Shown here one piece after another: positions 39,279-52,050 of a stretch of DNA of 64,000 nucleotides. The position numbers and the translations under genes are program-made. Within the stretch, counting starts at the first letter, position 1. Every line of letters begins with the position of its first letter. The stretch is from Adineta vaga (Eukaryota; Animalia; Rotifera): the NCBI GenBank assembly GCA_021613535.1, contig CP075492.1:16926001-16990000 (forward strand), read 5' to 3'. The notes beneath the pieces are model-generated. The model made no database searches, was not told where the DNA came from, and was given only the letters and a program-made list of their open reading frames with translations.

Positions 39279-39720
39279 TTAATGGCAGCTATAGCTTACC
39301 AATGGATGAAACAGATAATAATTATGTAGTTTCGGCGCTGTCATGCCAACGATATGTCGAACAGGATATGTAAATATCGGAGGTCCACTCAATATACAAT
39401 GCGTGAATGATACATGGACCCAATTTCCCAGTTTTGCTCTCAATATCAGCAATGTTTCTATAACTCCAACCATGAAATCCACGAAAGTCAACCTGGACGC
39501 AGCATGTCCCGCCGATCCGACCACTTATTCTATTGAAAATGGAGTTTTTGCTCGCAGTTCAACGTTAACACATATAGGCTCTACATATCGAGGTATATCG
39601 ATGTAAAACATCACAGCTCAAGATCCAAGACTTCGTATATTCTAGGATGGAATGCGTTTAGCTGTGCATTTAGTTATATGATCGATCCAGCTATGGGTTG
39701 TGAGTGTTAGATAGATGTAA
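39279..39720 (+). pseudogene. Sushi/CCP-domain gene fragment
   Basis: C..GYVNIGGPLNIQCVNDTWTQFP, frame-broken. Confidence 0.5.
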
Positions 39721-40635
39721 TGCCCCCACCCACGACTATGACATGTTTTACGAAGTTCGAAGAGCTATATAAGATATGGCTCTGATAAAAAGTTCAGAAA
39801 CAGGTACTTTGATATTCTCGAGATAATATGTAAATACTAAGTTATCAATCATCATATGAGGCTATGAAGAGGTGATAATTCAAGAAACTACCTATATTAC
39901 TCAGTTCAATTATTACTGAATCTTAAAAATCTTAAGTATTGTATATAGCGGCGTTAGTCTTTGAGGTTTTAATGAAAGTCCAATTGGTATTTCTCGAAGA
40001 TATGCATGCATAAGTCGGGTATTGTATATGGAAATTGTACTAAAGCGGTAGAGCATACAGAATCATAATCACCAATGAAAATGTATGTCGCACACAACAA
40101 AAATCATAGTAGAGTATTCTCCGAATCGAAACCTATCGATCTATATAGTTTCTAAAAGTTTCTGCCAACAAGAAGCTACTGAGCCGATTTACGGCCTTAA
40201 AGGCCCGCGTCCTTTCAATACGAAAACGTTCAGTCGACTCGTAGCAAGGCTTACTTATTTTTTAAATATACATGTACATCTGAGTCAAGTAAAGCTACTC
40301 ACTAGTATAAGAGAAACGTGATCGCAGCTGTCACAAATGCTCGATAAAAAGCGTCTAGAATGCAGTTTTCTTCACGTCACTGTCGAAAAATACAGCAAGA
40401 ATTAATCAGAAATTCATTAAAAACTTGTAACAACCAGTTTCGTCTGTGTTGAATCACATTAGCATTCATATAGAGCGTGATGAAATGAATGACACATGAG
40501 ATTGAAAATTCAGTAGATGGAAACGTACATATATTTTCATTCAGAAAATTTACATTAGGTTTACAATATTTCTTTATTACAATGAATGTCTTTTTTCGTT
40601 TTTTTTTCTTGGATACATAAGATTCATATACTTTT

Positions 40636-41226
40636 TTAACGTCCATACGAATTGTTACTTGGAGGAGATGGTATAAGGTGATGAAGTACAACACTCAATG
40701 CTAACAAAAATGGTTGATCTTGATTTGCTGCTATTTCTACTCCATTCAATTTCCAGCTGGCAATGTTTTGATGGTGGGCATTCCATATGGAAAAATATTT
40801 TGGTTCTCGAGACAATATTGTAATGTCATGAGGCCCATAAACAGTGTTAATTTCAAAATGAAGCCCTCCAGCAGATCTTCTTATTCTTGCTATTTCACGG
40901 TCATCGTTTAACAATAATTGATATGTTGGGTGCAAGAAGTGTCCGGATTCCTTTTGAATGGTAATCAAAGGAGTACCGAAGCGATCCTCTAGTATTAGGT
41001 TATTAATGCCACCAAATAGTCGACCGCCACGGACCAGATACTGTTCGTTATCGTTTTCATATATGGTAAATTTTTTATCGATAGAAAATGGATGGCCAAC
41101 TATTCGATAAAGTCGCATAGATGAATATGGTTGTAATCCAATGCCTGCTGAACGATGAGTTTCTTTATATCGTCGTAATTTTGTACTATGAACATCTCTA
41201 TCATAGTAATGATGTCGCGAGTACAT
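40636..41226 (-). CDS. LURP-one/Tubby-C-like (scramblase family) protein, intronless
   Basis: FSIDKKFTIYE...YLVRG...LILED..G.PLITIQKE...PTYQL...QDQPFLLALSVVL pattern. Confidence 0.7.
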   Translation of the reverse strand: MYSRHHYYDRDVHSTKLRRYKETHRSAGIGLQPYSSMRLYRIVGHPFSIDKKFTIYENDNEQYLVRGGRLFGGINNLILEDRFGTPLITIQKESGHFLHPTYQLLLNDDREIARIRRSAGGLHFEINTVYGPHDITILSREPKYFSIWNAHHQNIASWKLNGVEIAANQDQPFLLALSVVLHHLIPSPPSNNSYGR

Positions 41227-42281
41227 TTTGCAAGACTTTTCTATTTTATCTTCTTCCTAGCGATAAATTAAGATGTGTTATTAAATATACCACAATGTAT
41301 CAAAAAGTAAGCTATACTGATCTACAAACATACACTACAGACCATATAATCATTTATCTTCAGTATTATTCAGTATTCACAGCTGAAACATATATCTTTC
41401 ATTTTCATAAAACGAAATGAAACATAGCCTGATATTGAGCTACTATCTTGAAGACGAGGATGCGTATTAGCTTGTGGATATCAGATGAACCTACTTCCAC
41501 ATACTCTACAATACAGCTGAAAAGATATTTGGAATTCTGTAAAAATCTTTCGTAGCATCTTGTCCTTATTTGAACACGGCTCACAGTACCATCGGCAACA
41601 TGAATCGATCAGTGGGAGATTATCACACTACACTTCCGCAAATTTAATTTGAAATAGTGATTCATATTTTAAAGACTAATCTGTCGGTGTTGACTTATAG
41701 TCTGATTAATGCCATAGCAAGCAGATTTGTACATACTCTACGTACACGTTTTTGCCTACTATGTATTTCTTGTATAGACGGCTGAACGTTTTATACATAT
41801 TGAAGCGCCTCCGTTCTCTATATCCTAGTAGCAGCGCAACGGTGTGGAAATTGACAGTAGATGTTGGCAGATGTCTTGTATTCATTTACATGTGACTCTT
41901 ATATTCACACCCACACCCTTTTTTTTCTCTCGAGTACTTCTATATCTGACTTAGTTCCCGATAATTTTATGTAAACTCTCTCAAGTCTTAACATTACAGA
42001 CGAATTAATATTAGAAATTACACTTACTTGTGAATGAAATATGCGTGTTTACTGTATGTCTTTACAGCTGATTTCGCTTCGTTTTATAGTTTTTAGACGA
42101 GACTTGGTTTTTTCCCTCAGAATCCTATTTACGAAATTAATCAATCGTGACACTTTCATCGCATAAATAGTATCTAACGAAACACATTTCATTATGACTC
42201 ATTTTAATCGTTTACCTTCTTTTTCCCCGTTTACATTCGTTTCTTTGAATCAATGAATCATACTATTTTCATCAGATATTT

Positions 42282-42361
42282 CTTGAGGGTATGAGCGTAT
42301 GAGAAAAGAAAGACAAGTAGATTCTCGACCATGCACCCTCACCATCGCTCACACCATCAAG
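42282..42361. repeat. telomere-like palindrome family, longer copy
   Basis: CTTGAGGGTATGAGCG at the left end and CGCTCACACCATCAAG at the right end. Confidence 0.7.
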
Positions 42362-42800
42362 ATCTGTACGTTACTATTTCTAACATTCTATTTTCCAAAG
42401 CTCGTTTTCCTCCAGTCTTTTGTCAATTTTATGTAGGTTAGATTTTTTTTGATATAGAATCACAAAATATATTTAAAAACTAATCCCATGAATATCAAAT
42501 TTCCATTTATAGAAGTATTAGAATAATATTGTTAATCGGTTATACAATCTAAAGTGTCACCTGTATGTTTGATATAAAAAAGGAATACACTGTCAGTATT
42601 ATTTCATTTCAATATAAACTATGAAAAAAAATATTATTTCTTATTTCAGTTTTGTTCTTCTCAAGTAAATTTTATCCATTTGCTTTAATATTCAACGATT
42701 TTATATTTTAGCATTACAGGTTTGATGTTCGTTCTATGATAGATATTCATCTATGTAAGTTATTTCATTCATAGTTATAGTAAGATCACAATTATGTTAT

Positions 42801-44161
42801 GATGTTTCTCAATATACTCGATGTTCGACGAATAATGCTTGTGGCTGTTTTCATATGATAAATACTGTTGATACAGGCATATGCGGTTTCCTTTGGCCAA
42901 CTTGTTCTCATCTTGCGCCATGTGATTCTTTAAATCATGCATGTTATCAATCTAATACTATCTGTGTTCGACATCCTCGATGTCAAGATCATCCTATTTG
43001 TTATCCAATATCAATGATGGATCAGAAAGTCTGTCCACCAATGAATGGTAAGAAATCTTCACAAATCATAGATCGCTTGATTAAGATAATTCTATTTAAG
43101 CAATACTTTTCAATTTTCATCTTAATTATCTTCTATATTTCTATAAATAGCGACAATCACTACAACTACATCGATAGCAACAACCACTACTCAAAAACCA
43201 CGTAAGTCTTATACTATAGTGCTTCGACGATTTTTATAAAACGATAATTTCATTGATTGTAGTTAATAACTATTCGAAATGGATACAAAATGGTATTACC
43301 ATTGCTGGAGGAAACGGAGAAGGCGATCAATTAAATCAGCTTCATCATCCTAAAACCATTTATATTGATGATGAACAGACGACTTATATTGTTGACACTT
43401 TAAATCATCGTATTATTGAGTGGAAATATAACGCCACGAATGGTCAAGTTGTCGCCGGTGGTAATGGACAAGGAAATGAAATGAATCAATTGAATCATCC
43501 AACAGATATGATTATTGATAAAAACAAAGATTCACTTATTGTTTGTGATTGGGGAAATGGACGAGTGATGCGATGGTCACGTCGAAATCAAACAGATCAA
43601 CAAATAATTATATCACAAATTTACTGTCAAGGTCTAGCAATCGATAATAAAGGAGATATCTATGTTTCTAGCATAAATAATCATGAAGTAAGACGATGGA
43701 GAGAAGGAGAAACAGATGGAATCCTTGTTGCAGGTGGAAATGGAATGGGAGCTAATCTCAATCAATTCTTTTCTTCTACTTATATTTTTGTCGATAATGA
43801 ATATTCAATTTATATATCAGATTCAAATAATCATCGTATAATGAAATGGATGAAAGATGCAAAAACAGGTATCGTTGTTGCTGGTGGTCATGGTTACGGA
43901 AATAGTCTCAGACAATTATCTTCTCCTATGGGAGTGACTGTTGATCATTTAGGTAATATCTATGTGGCAGACTTTAACAATCATAGGGTAGTTCGTTGGC
44001 AATCAGGTGCAAGTGAAGGTAGTATTATTGTCGGTGGAAATGGGGCGGGACAACAATCAAATCAATTATATAATCCTGTAGGGTTATTATTCGATCGAGA
44101 AAATAATCTTTATGTCGTCGATCACGTCAATAATCGAATACAAAAATTCGATATTGCTTAA
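42801..44161 (+). CDS. Cys-rich module + Thr-rich linker + NHL-repeat beta-propeller; 5' end uncertain
   Basis: The Cys-module exon ends about 43047, a linker exon spans 43151-43201, and the NHL exon spans 43263-44161 (VAGGNG.G...NQL..P..I.VD...YI.D..NHRI). All joins are phase 1. Confidence 0.85.
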
Positions 44162-44250
44162 CATCATTGTTCTTCTGTGAAAATATATTCGTTTTTTTTT
44201 TACTTCAGTCAAGAATAAAATGAAAATGAACTAATTGATAAATCTTTTAT

Positions 44251-45130
44251 CTGAGGGTGGGTGTGGGTGTCCTATTGTTTCACTTGAAAAAGCACTCGAA
44301 CCATTTCAAGGACAAATTCAAAATCTTGATAAACAAATCGACGATGCAAAATTTAATTGTCATTACCCATCACAACATAATCTTACTCGTGATGAATCTG
44401 CTGCTCTCTATTTATATTTACTTATAGGAAATAATGAAACTGTTCGAAGTCATCTTCAAAATGCATGGGATTCGAATGATGAGGAACAAATGAAACCATA
44501 TGGTTTAAATATTTGAAATTATTAAAAAATGGATGGAATAAATTATACCTGATGTAAATCTCGAAGTGTGACAAGGCATATTATATGATGAAGCAATGGA
44601 AGAAATATTAAAATCAGATTCATTAGAGTTATTTACTTGTATGAGTTTGGCATCACCATGGCAAGATGAAATTTACAATGATCTTCATGATCCGATAAGT
44701 ACAAAGGAAATATTTGTTCGATATTCATCAATTTGTGGAAAAGATGTATCAGATTATGTTCCAAGAATTGGAGTAGACTTTATTTTTAACAAAAAGGAAA
44801 CAATGATTTGGCCTGGTCTGAAAATGAATAAAACTCAAGAGATCTTCTATGACATGGATAGATCTTTAACTGTACATCTTAAACAAAAATTCAGTAAGCA
44901 TTTTCATAAAATATAAAATGAATTGAATTACATTTTTGTTTAGAAATTCCTGAATCAATACCAAAACTACCTATGATCATTCCAACGGTTCGAAAATCTA
45001 AAAAGAAAAGAAAAATCAAACAAAAACATTTTAAATGTCCAATTCCTCAAGATCCCTATTCTTATTTCACATATTATATCAATGTAAAGAATGTAGTGAA
45101 CGATTCTGTCAACGTTGTTGTTTTCAATAA
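44251..45130 (+). pseudogene. ADP-ribosyltransferase-family relic
   Basis: PIVSLEKALEP...HNLTRDESAALYLY matches the N-terminus of the ART at 61506 (IVPLEEAL...SLTIDEAAAIRLF). Frameshift near 44505 and stop near 44568; catalytic motifs are degenerate. Confidence 0.7.
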
Positions 45131-45349
45131 TCGATAAAATAAAATATACTCTTATAAAGTCTATCTGCGATCTGATCTTTTACGTCATTAATTTTTCATT
45201 GAATTTCTAAATCTTTTGTTTGATATTTCAGCGCATCTTCATTTGATAAATTTCTTAATGTTATACATTTCCTTCAATAAAAACAAGAATTTGTCCATCG
45301 AGTAAAAGAAAGTCAGATGAATAACAATATAAAATCATTTCTAGATAAA

Positions 45350-46352
45350 TCTTATGTATTTATAATGTGTACATGTGCAGTTCCTAAATGCGGTCTAGTT
45401 GATGTTGTAAAAGGATTAACTCGTTGTTGTCTTCCATAACATAAGATTTTATTTTTAATTTTGTTTCTAAGTTCAGATAATGATAAAAGTACTACAAATG
45501 GAAATAAAAAAATACATAATAAGTAAGATATCCTGTATACATTAAAACAGGTATTGCAATATCATCTGGTAAACCATATTGATATGAAAATATCAGTAAA
45601 ATCGATGGACTACTAAATGTCATATAAATCATTGATACTGACAATAATTGTATGGCCATTTTTCGACATTTATTCCATTGAATTGGTTGATTCATTCTTC
45701 TTTTTTGCATTAATATACGTATTAGAAGAGATATTGAAAATATAATAATAATTAATGTTGGAATAAATAAATGAACAATTAAATCCCAAATACCTAAAAA
45801 TGTTCGATCAAATGCACATGGAATAAAAACTCCACCATTTAAAAATGAATCGAATGAATTAAAACATATTGGAACAAAATGAACAATTGAATAATATATT
45901 AGATAATATATTATTATAAAACCTATTGGAATATAATGAACTAATAAACGTTTTCTTTTTGTTGAAACCCATCTATCATGAAATATAAGAATATGTCTTT
46001 CAATTGTTGCCATTGCAAATAATCCTATTTGAAGAGAATATATTGAATAATCAAGAAATACCCAGAATAAATTAAATGTTGCTGGTAATGATATTGGAAT
46101 AACATGTCCATCATTTATGAATTATCAATGAAATATCAATTAATTCATAGATTAAACCAAGAATAAGTAAAATGATTATTATATGATTATTTAAACTATT
46201 TCGAAGAATTCGATCAAATAATAGAAATAAAGTGTTAAGAAACTACATAGTAATGATAAGATATTAAAGATTAAATAAGACCAATAACGAATTTCACGAG
46301 GAAATCGAGTTATTGTTAACGAATCTTCGAGTGTTTCATTTAACGTCGACAT
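45350..46352 (-). pseudogene. rhodopsin-like GPCR, frameshifted
   Basis: MSTLNETL...SLNNHIIIILL...ATIERHILIFH, with a 7TM hydropathy pattern across several frames. Confidence 0.7.
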
Positions 46353-46993
46353 TTCTTTTCATAGTTAAAATAAAATCTAATCGTGATTTATATAGAATGA
46401 TGTTTATTCACTTCAATGAATTTCTTACTTTAATTAAATCTGTTTTTATTACGGTGAGAAAAGAACGTTTTTTTACAGGTTCATATCACTCAACTACTTC
46501 AATCATTAAAAAATCCTCAGATTTAAATTGAAATCACACTTTCTTATAATTATAAACACGATGGAATGAGTTAAATCACATAATTAACGACGGTGCTATC
46601 AGAAAATAATCACTTATTAGACTCAAAATCTATTGAAGATATTTGAATAGATGCACAAGATGAATTATTTCTCAATCCATCAGATGTTGATGTCATAATA
46701 AATTATATGTAAAAGAAAAGGGTGTAATCAAAAACCATTCACCTTTAGTTTTCTTGAACTGAGTACATCTGAATATTTTTTTTAAAGTACAAAAAAATTG
46801 TAAGATTATGATATTGATTTATCTGTTTCACGAAAAAGCTACATATATCCTGGAAGACGAGACTTCGGTATATATTTCAATATCTAAGAAATGATAAAAT
46901 ACATAATACATTTCTATAGACTATTTCGTTTTTGTTTTACCTTTTAGTGTAATCTTTATTATTAATTTATGTCGTAAATTTTACTGATTATAT

Positions 46994-48273
46994 TCATTTA
47001 GTATTGAGCCATCCATTAACATAATTACCAAATGTTGATTTGGAAGAATAGCTGTTCTCATTTTCGCCATATTTAACCATCATTTTATATACGTCTGCCA
47101 CTGTTTTTTTGTTCTTCTCTAGTTGTTTCATTAAATCTTTCAGTTTAGATGCTAATTTCTCATCACCATAGACTGAATAGTCTAATTTCATTACGATATC
47201 ACCGAGTACACTTGTAGCACATATTTGTTGAAGAAATTTAAATACGGGATCTCCACCGAATATACCACATCCCCAATTACCAGTGACAATTATTTTAGCC
47301 CTAGCGTTACTAAAAGCAGTCCATACTTTATTTAAATCACGATCAATATTTCGTTGATTAAAATGATTTGACAAACAAGCATCCATAATAAGTATATCTT
47401 GTATATTTTTTGAATTATAATTTGGATGAGGACCGACATATTGAAATGTTTCACCATAACCACGATAGTCGATAAATCGTTTGCATCCACGAAGAATGAC
47501 TACTTCATTGAATCGTAACGTATCACATACCAAAATAGATAGAAATGCTTCAGGACAGCAACTAACTAAAAGAAAAAAAAAACAAGTTTTTTAGAAACAA
47601 GAAATTTATACAAAAATATTTTACATAGAATTTCTTCTTGTGTAGCCGATGGCATGATTGAATGAATATGAATCTGTTTATTAGCAAAATCGACAAAAGC
47701 ATTAGCTTCTTCAGATGCTTCCATTCGATCAGTAAACACATTTATTTTCGATTCTTGAATTGGTACTAATTGTTTTTTCCAATCGGGTGATCCTTCATTG
47801 TATGAATAACGTTCGATCGAAATCTCTCTATAATCATTGCTATCATGGTGTTGTTGTGATGAAAGGCGAAAATATTCGATTAAACATCGTATTCGTTGGA
47901 TGGCTACTCGATCAAATGGTATATGATACAAATCGGTAAAATCAATACTACCATATTCTTCAGTTGTATTAAGAAAAAAGGCATTCGCAAGGATATAACG
48001 AGCTTGGGTAGATGTATAAGTGATACGAGCATTTACACCTCCTTGAAGTGGTGTAATTGGATTTGATTGAGTATGATCCGACGCCCATTGAGCAATAATA
48101 GGAAGAAGATCACGATAAAAATCAAAGTTTAACTGTCGAATAACTAATTCCAAATTAGGACATGGTCGATACTTTTTGTGAATGAAAAATAGATCTGTCA
48201 GAGTTTGAAAAGTAACATTATCTTTTGGAATAATAAATGTATGTTCTTGGGCAATAAATGTTATGTTTGGCAT
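46994..48273 (-). CDS. poly(ADP-ribose) glycohydrolase (PARG catalytic domain), 2 exons, about 406 aa
   Basis: Intron 47624-47566 joins VDFANK...TQEEIL|FSCCPE. Downstream motifs YRGYG, MDA and TGNWGCGIFGGD. Confidence 0.9.
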
Positions 48274-48991
48274 CTTTCTTCTAAATTAAAAAAAAACAAG
48301 TATGTATATATGTATGTGTCATTGTTCTCTTCATTCATTGTATGACTAAGTTATTACTTTTGTCTGATGAAATATGTTATCTTTCTTTTCTTCCTTTTTT
48401 CAGTATCAATAACAAATACACGTGTTAAACACATGGTGAGAAACACAACCACGAAACGGTCGGTTCAGGAGATTAAGTAAAGAAAGAAAACGAGGGAAGA
48501 CACCAAAGTGTTCATGCCGTTCAGTCACAAGGAAGGAGAAGCGAGACTTCCGTACTTCCACTGTAATGCAATACTCGAAATTTGAATTCAGCTATTCACC
48601 CTTTGCAGACAAAGCATCACTCTGACGATGTGCTGATACTCCGCCAACAACCTCACCCCACATACTCTCATAATTCGTCACAGATACGAAGTCATTTTTA
48701 ATTAGATCTGCAGAAAAAATAACTTTCTGCTCATTTCACAGTAATAATCATGCAATTTCGTGTAGGCATTCATAAAAAATAATTTTCTGCTTCTCTTTTA
48801 TGGTAATAAGAATTCAGCGTCGAATAACTGTATCTAGAGGGTATCGTGTCAAACACATGAGCTTTTATTTACATTCGAATACAGCTTAACTTAGTTTCAT
48901 TAGGTGCTGTTTGAAATGTCATATTATAACGTTTTTGATTATTCTCTAGATATCAAACATTCAACGTGTTCAACTCAGACACAATAGAGAG

Positions 48992-49306
48992 ATGCAGATC
49001 AGTATTGTTTCAGTTATATGTTTGCTGCTCTTAGTGGTACAAGTGGCACAATGTGCAGTGGTTTTTGAATCTAATGAAGAGAATTCCAATGATAAAAACG
49101 TAGATTTATTGCAAAATGGTGAAGTAAGACTTGAAACACAAAAACGGGGTCAGTGCTGTAGACGGTATGATACTACGTGCTGTTGTAAAGTTGATCATAT
49201 ACAATGTTTAGTAAGATGGTGGGGATACACAAGAAGCAGTTGTTCGCAAATAATTTTCATAGGTAAAAAAGATTGCGAAGGATGTCAAAGTGGCTGGAAA
49301 TGTTAA
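48992..49306 (+). CDS. secreted Cys-rich peptide precursor (signal, acidic propeptide, KR, 10-Cys mature peptide)
   Basis: Hydrophobic N-terminus, E/N-rich pro-region and KR, then GQCCRRYDTTCCCKVDHIQC...C...CEGC...C. Confidence 0.8.
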   Translation: MQISIVSVICLLLLVVQVAQCAVVFESNEENSNDKNVDLLQNGEVRLETQKRGQCCRRYDTTCCCKVDHIQCLVRWWGYTRSSCSQIIFIGKKDCEGCQSGWKC

Positions 49307-50775
49307 AGATTATTTTGATCTAATCAAATTAGGAATCACATAACAATTTATTAAAACTCTAATTTTATCTTATTTCTTGTATTACATAAAGAGTGTTTTG
49401 AGATAAAATGTCTTTATGAAATCGATATGAAACTTTTCATTATAGCACAAAATACTGTCAAAAATAATGGTATAATACAAAAATCTTGTCTTTCGTTCAA
49501 TCTTACATAAACCTTGCAAGACTTTACAGACGTTACATATACGAAAAAACAGTTGATGTAATTATTGGTTTTTGAAGTCGGTTGTTCTTGAGACTATTAA
49601 GGATTTTTGCAAATTTGAATACACAACCACACCCTCAATTTATTGAATGTACTTTTCTCCTATATCTTAATACATTGGCAGCTTTTTTCATCGATATAAT
49701 AGTACGATTTGAAAGAAATATGTGTTTTCGCGTGACACAGCCCATGAAATTGGTCTTTGGCAACAGCATGTTTACTACATAGAAATGTATCGTTTTCTTT
49801 CTCTCATAGAAGTTTACAATTTAAGAAAAATGTTTTAAAATACTGATGACGACAGCAGAATATTTTTATGTTTTTTCGGAAGACTGAATTCAAATTTAAC
49901 AAATAGTTTTTACAGATAAAATGTATATGATTTTTTCATCCGTGTAAATAATAGTTAACAACGAATAAACAGAAATAACAAATCGACATTTTATGTTCAT
50001 TTTTCGATGCTTCTCTTATTTCAATCATATTCATTCGTTGTGCATGGAAATCAAAATAAACCTTTCACTACTTATTTAAATTGACCCATTTTTTTTCTCC
50101 CTATTTATTAAGTAAAACTCAACGAAGGGTAAAATAATAACACTTCAAATTCTTAGAGATGACTTTTTCACTACATCCTGCTAAAGTACGAACGAAATAA
50201 ACATATTAAATAAATGACTTTGAAAGACATTTTTTGACTGTTGTATTTAATGATGAGGAAAGGTGTTATCAGAAAATTATTTGTTAAACAGGACATAAAA
50301 ATAGAAAAACGATGTTGTCAAAGAAACTCAAAACTTAAATCTTTTTTTTTCTCTGTTTTAAATTTTAAAAAATTTAAAAAAAAGGTAGAATCAAAAACTC
50401 TTTTCTCTCAAAAAATAACATTTTTTTATATGTGTATAAAACTATAGCTAACTTACATTCCAAGTCATTTCAAACTACAATTTTTCTTCGAATAATTATA
50501 GAAAAAATATTAACTTCAGTATGTATTATCAAAAAGAACTGTTAGTTGAAACTTAAATACTTCCGTATAGTTATTTCTTAATATCTTTCGTGATATTTGT
50601 GTAAAACCATCAACAGATATCTATCCGCTTTCTGATTATTCATTTAGATTTTATAGATTACTGTGAGACAAAGTAAACATTTAGGATATATTTAAATAGT
50701 CTTATAATATACGAAGTAAAACATATTGTATTTTATTAAATTGTTTCTCTGTTACTTTTTTCTAAGGACAAAAAA

Positions 50776-52050
50776 ATGGCTAGAAGTTCTTCTACTTTCT
50801 GGCAACATATCAAACAGTCCGTTCAGAATTTCAACATATTTCCATCGATTCCACCTACACAAGATGAACATGAACTTCGCAATCAACGCATTTCGACACG
50901 ATTATTCATTAATCTTCTTGTACTATCATTCACCGTCCTTCTTCTCTACACATCATTAGTTAACATTACACAAACGTTTAAAGTCAATTCACCACCTATT
51001 AGACAATATTTACAATTATATTCTACATACTCCCAAACATTAACATGTGATTGTACACAAATATCAATTAATCATGCGAAATTTCTTCGTATTCAATACA
51101 CACTTCATCAGATATGCAATAGTGTCTATATCAGTCAAGATTGGTTTGATTATCTTAATCGCGCACGACCATCAGCAAATCTTTATAGTGATGATTTTCG
51201 TATCAGCAGTACATATCTTTTTCAAGCGTTGCGAACATTTTGTGATTTAAGTAATCAAACAATCAACAACGGTTTGTCTCAATTTTATTCAACTAAATTT
51301 ATTAGTGCATTCGTTCTTTCACAAGAACTATTTGAAATTCAAGTTCAATCACTTATTTCTCAATTTATTTCATCAATCATCACCAGCTTTTTATTATCGA
51401 ATTCATCGATACGACAAATGATTCAGAGTAATGTTTTACTCTCTTCATTATTATCAAATTTTGGAATTTACTCATAGCAATCTTATACATATACAGTCGC
51501 ATATCAATATGGGAATTGTAGTTGTGCAACTTCAGCTAAATGTGTATATCAATCTCCAATTTATGATGAATCTACTTCAAGATTGTTACTCAGTGTACCA
51601 GGAATATATGTTGGCTGTTATCCTGTTGAATCTCTATTACAGTCGAATCTGCAATGTTTCTATAATCAAACATGTATAAATAGAATACAGTCGTATTTCA
51701 CTGCATCTGCACCAATGAATGTAACAGCTCTTGATCCATCTATGTTAATTGATTTTATGATGAATTCAACACTAGAAAATATTGTCAAACAGTTAATGGT
51801 GGAAAAATGGCTTCCGTCTGTAATGTATGGAAATTATTATGATGAATGTAAACCATCACAATGTATTTATACGCAAGAAGAGAAAAATAATATGATTTAT
51901 ATTGTTACTACAATCATTGGATTGATTGGTGGTTTAGTGACAGTATTTAAACAAGTAGTACCAAGATTTGTTACGTTTATTGTTCTCTTGATTAGAAAAT
52001 ACAGAATGAAAAGTAATCATGATCGAGTAATGCCTATTATTCAAAGTTAG
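50776..52050 (+). pseudogene. two-TM protein with a large Cys-rich extracellular loop, interrupted by one in-frame TAG
   Basis: ORFs 50776..51477 and 51583..52050 share one frame, and the only interruption is TAG 51475-51477. TM1 is RLFINLLVLSFTVLLLY and TM2 is YIVTTIIGLIGGLVTVF. Confidence 0.7.
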
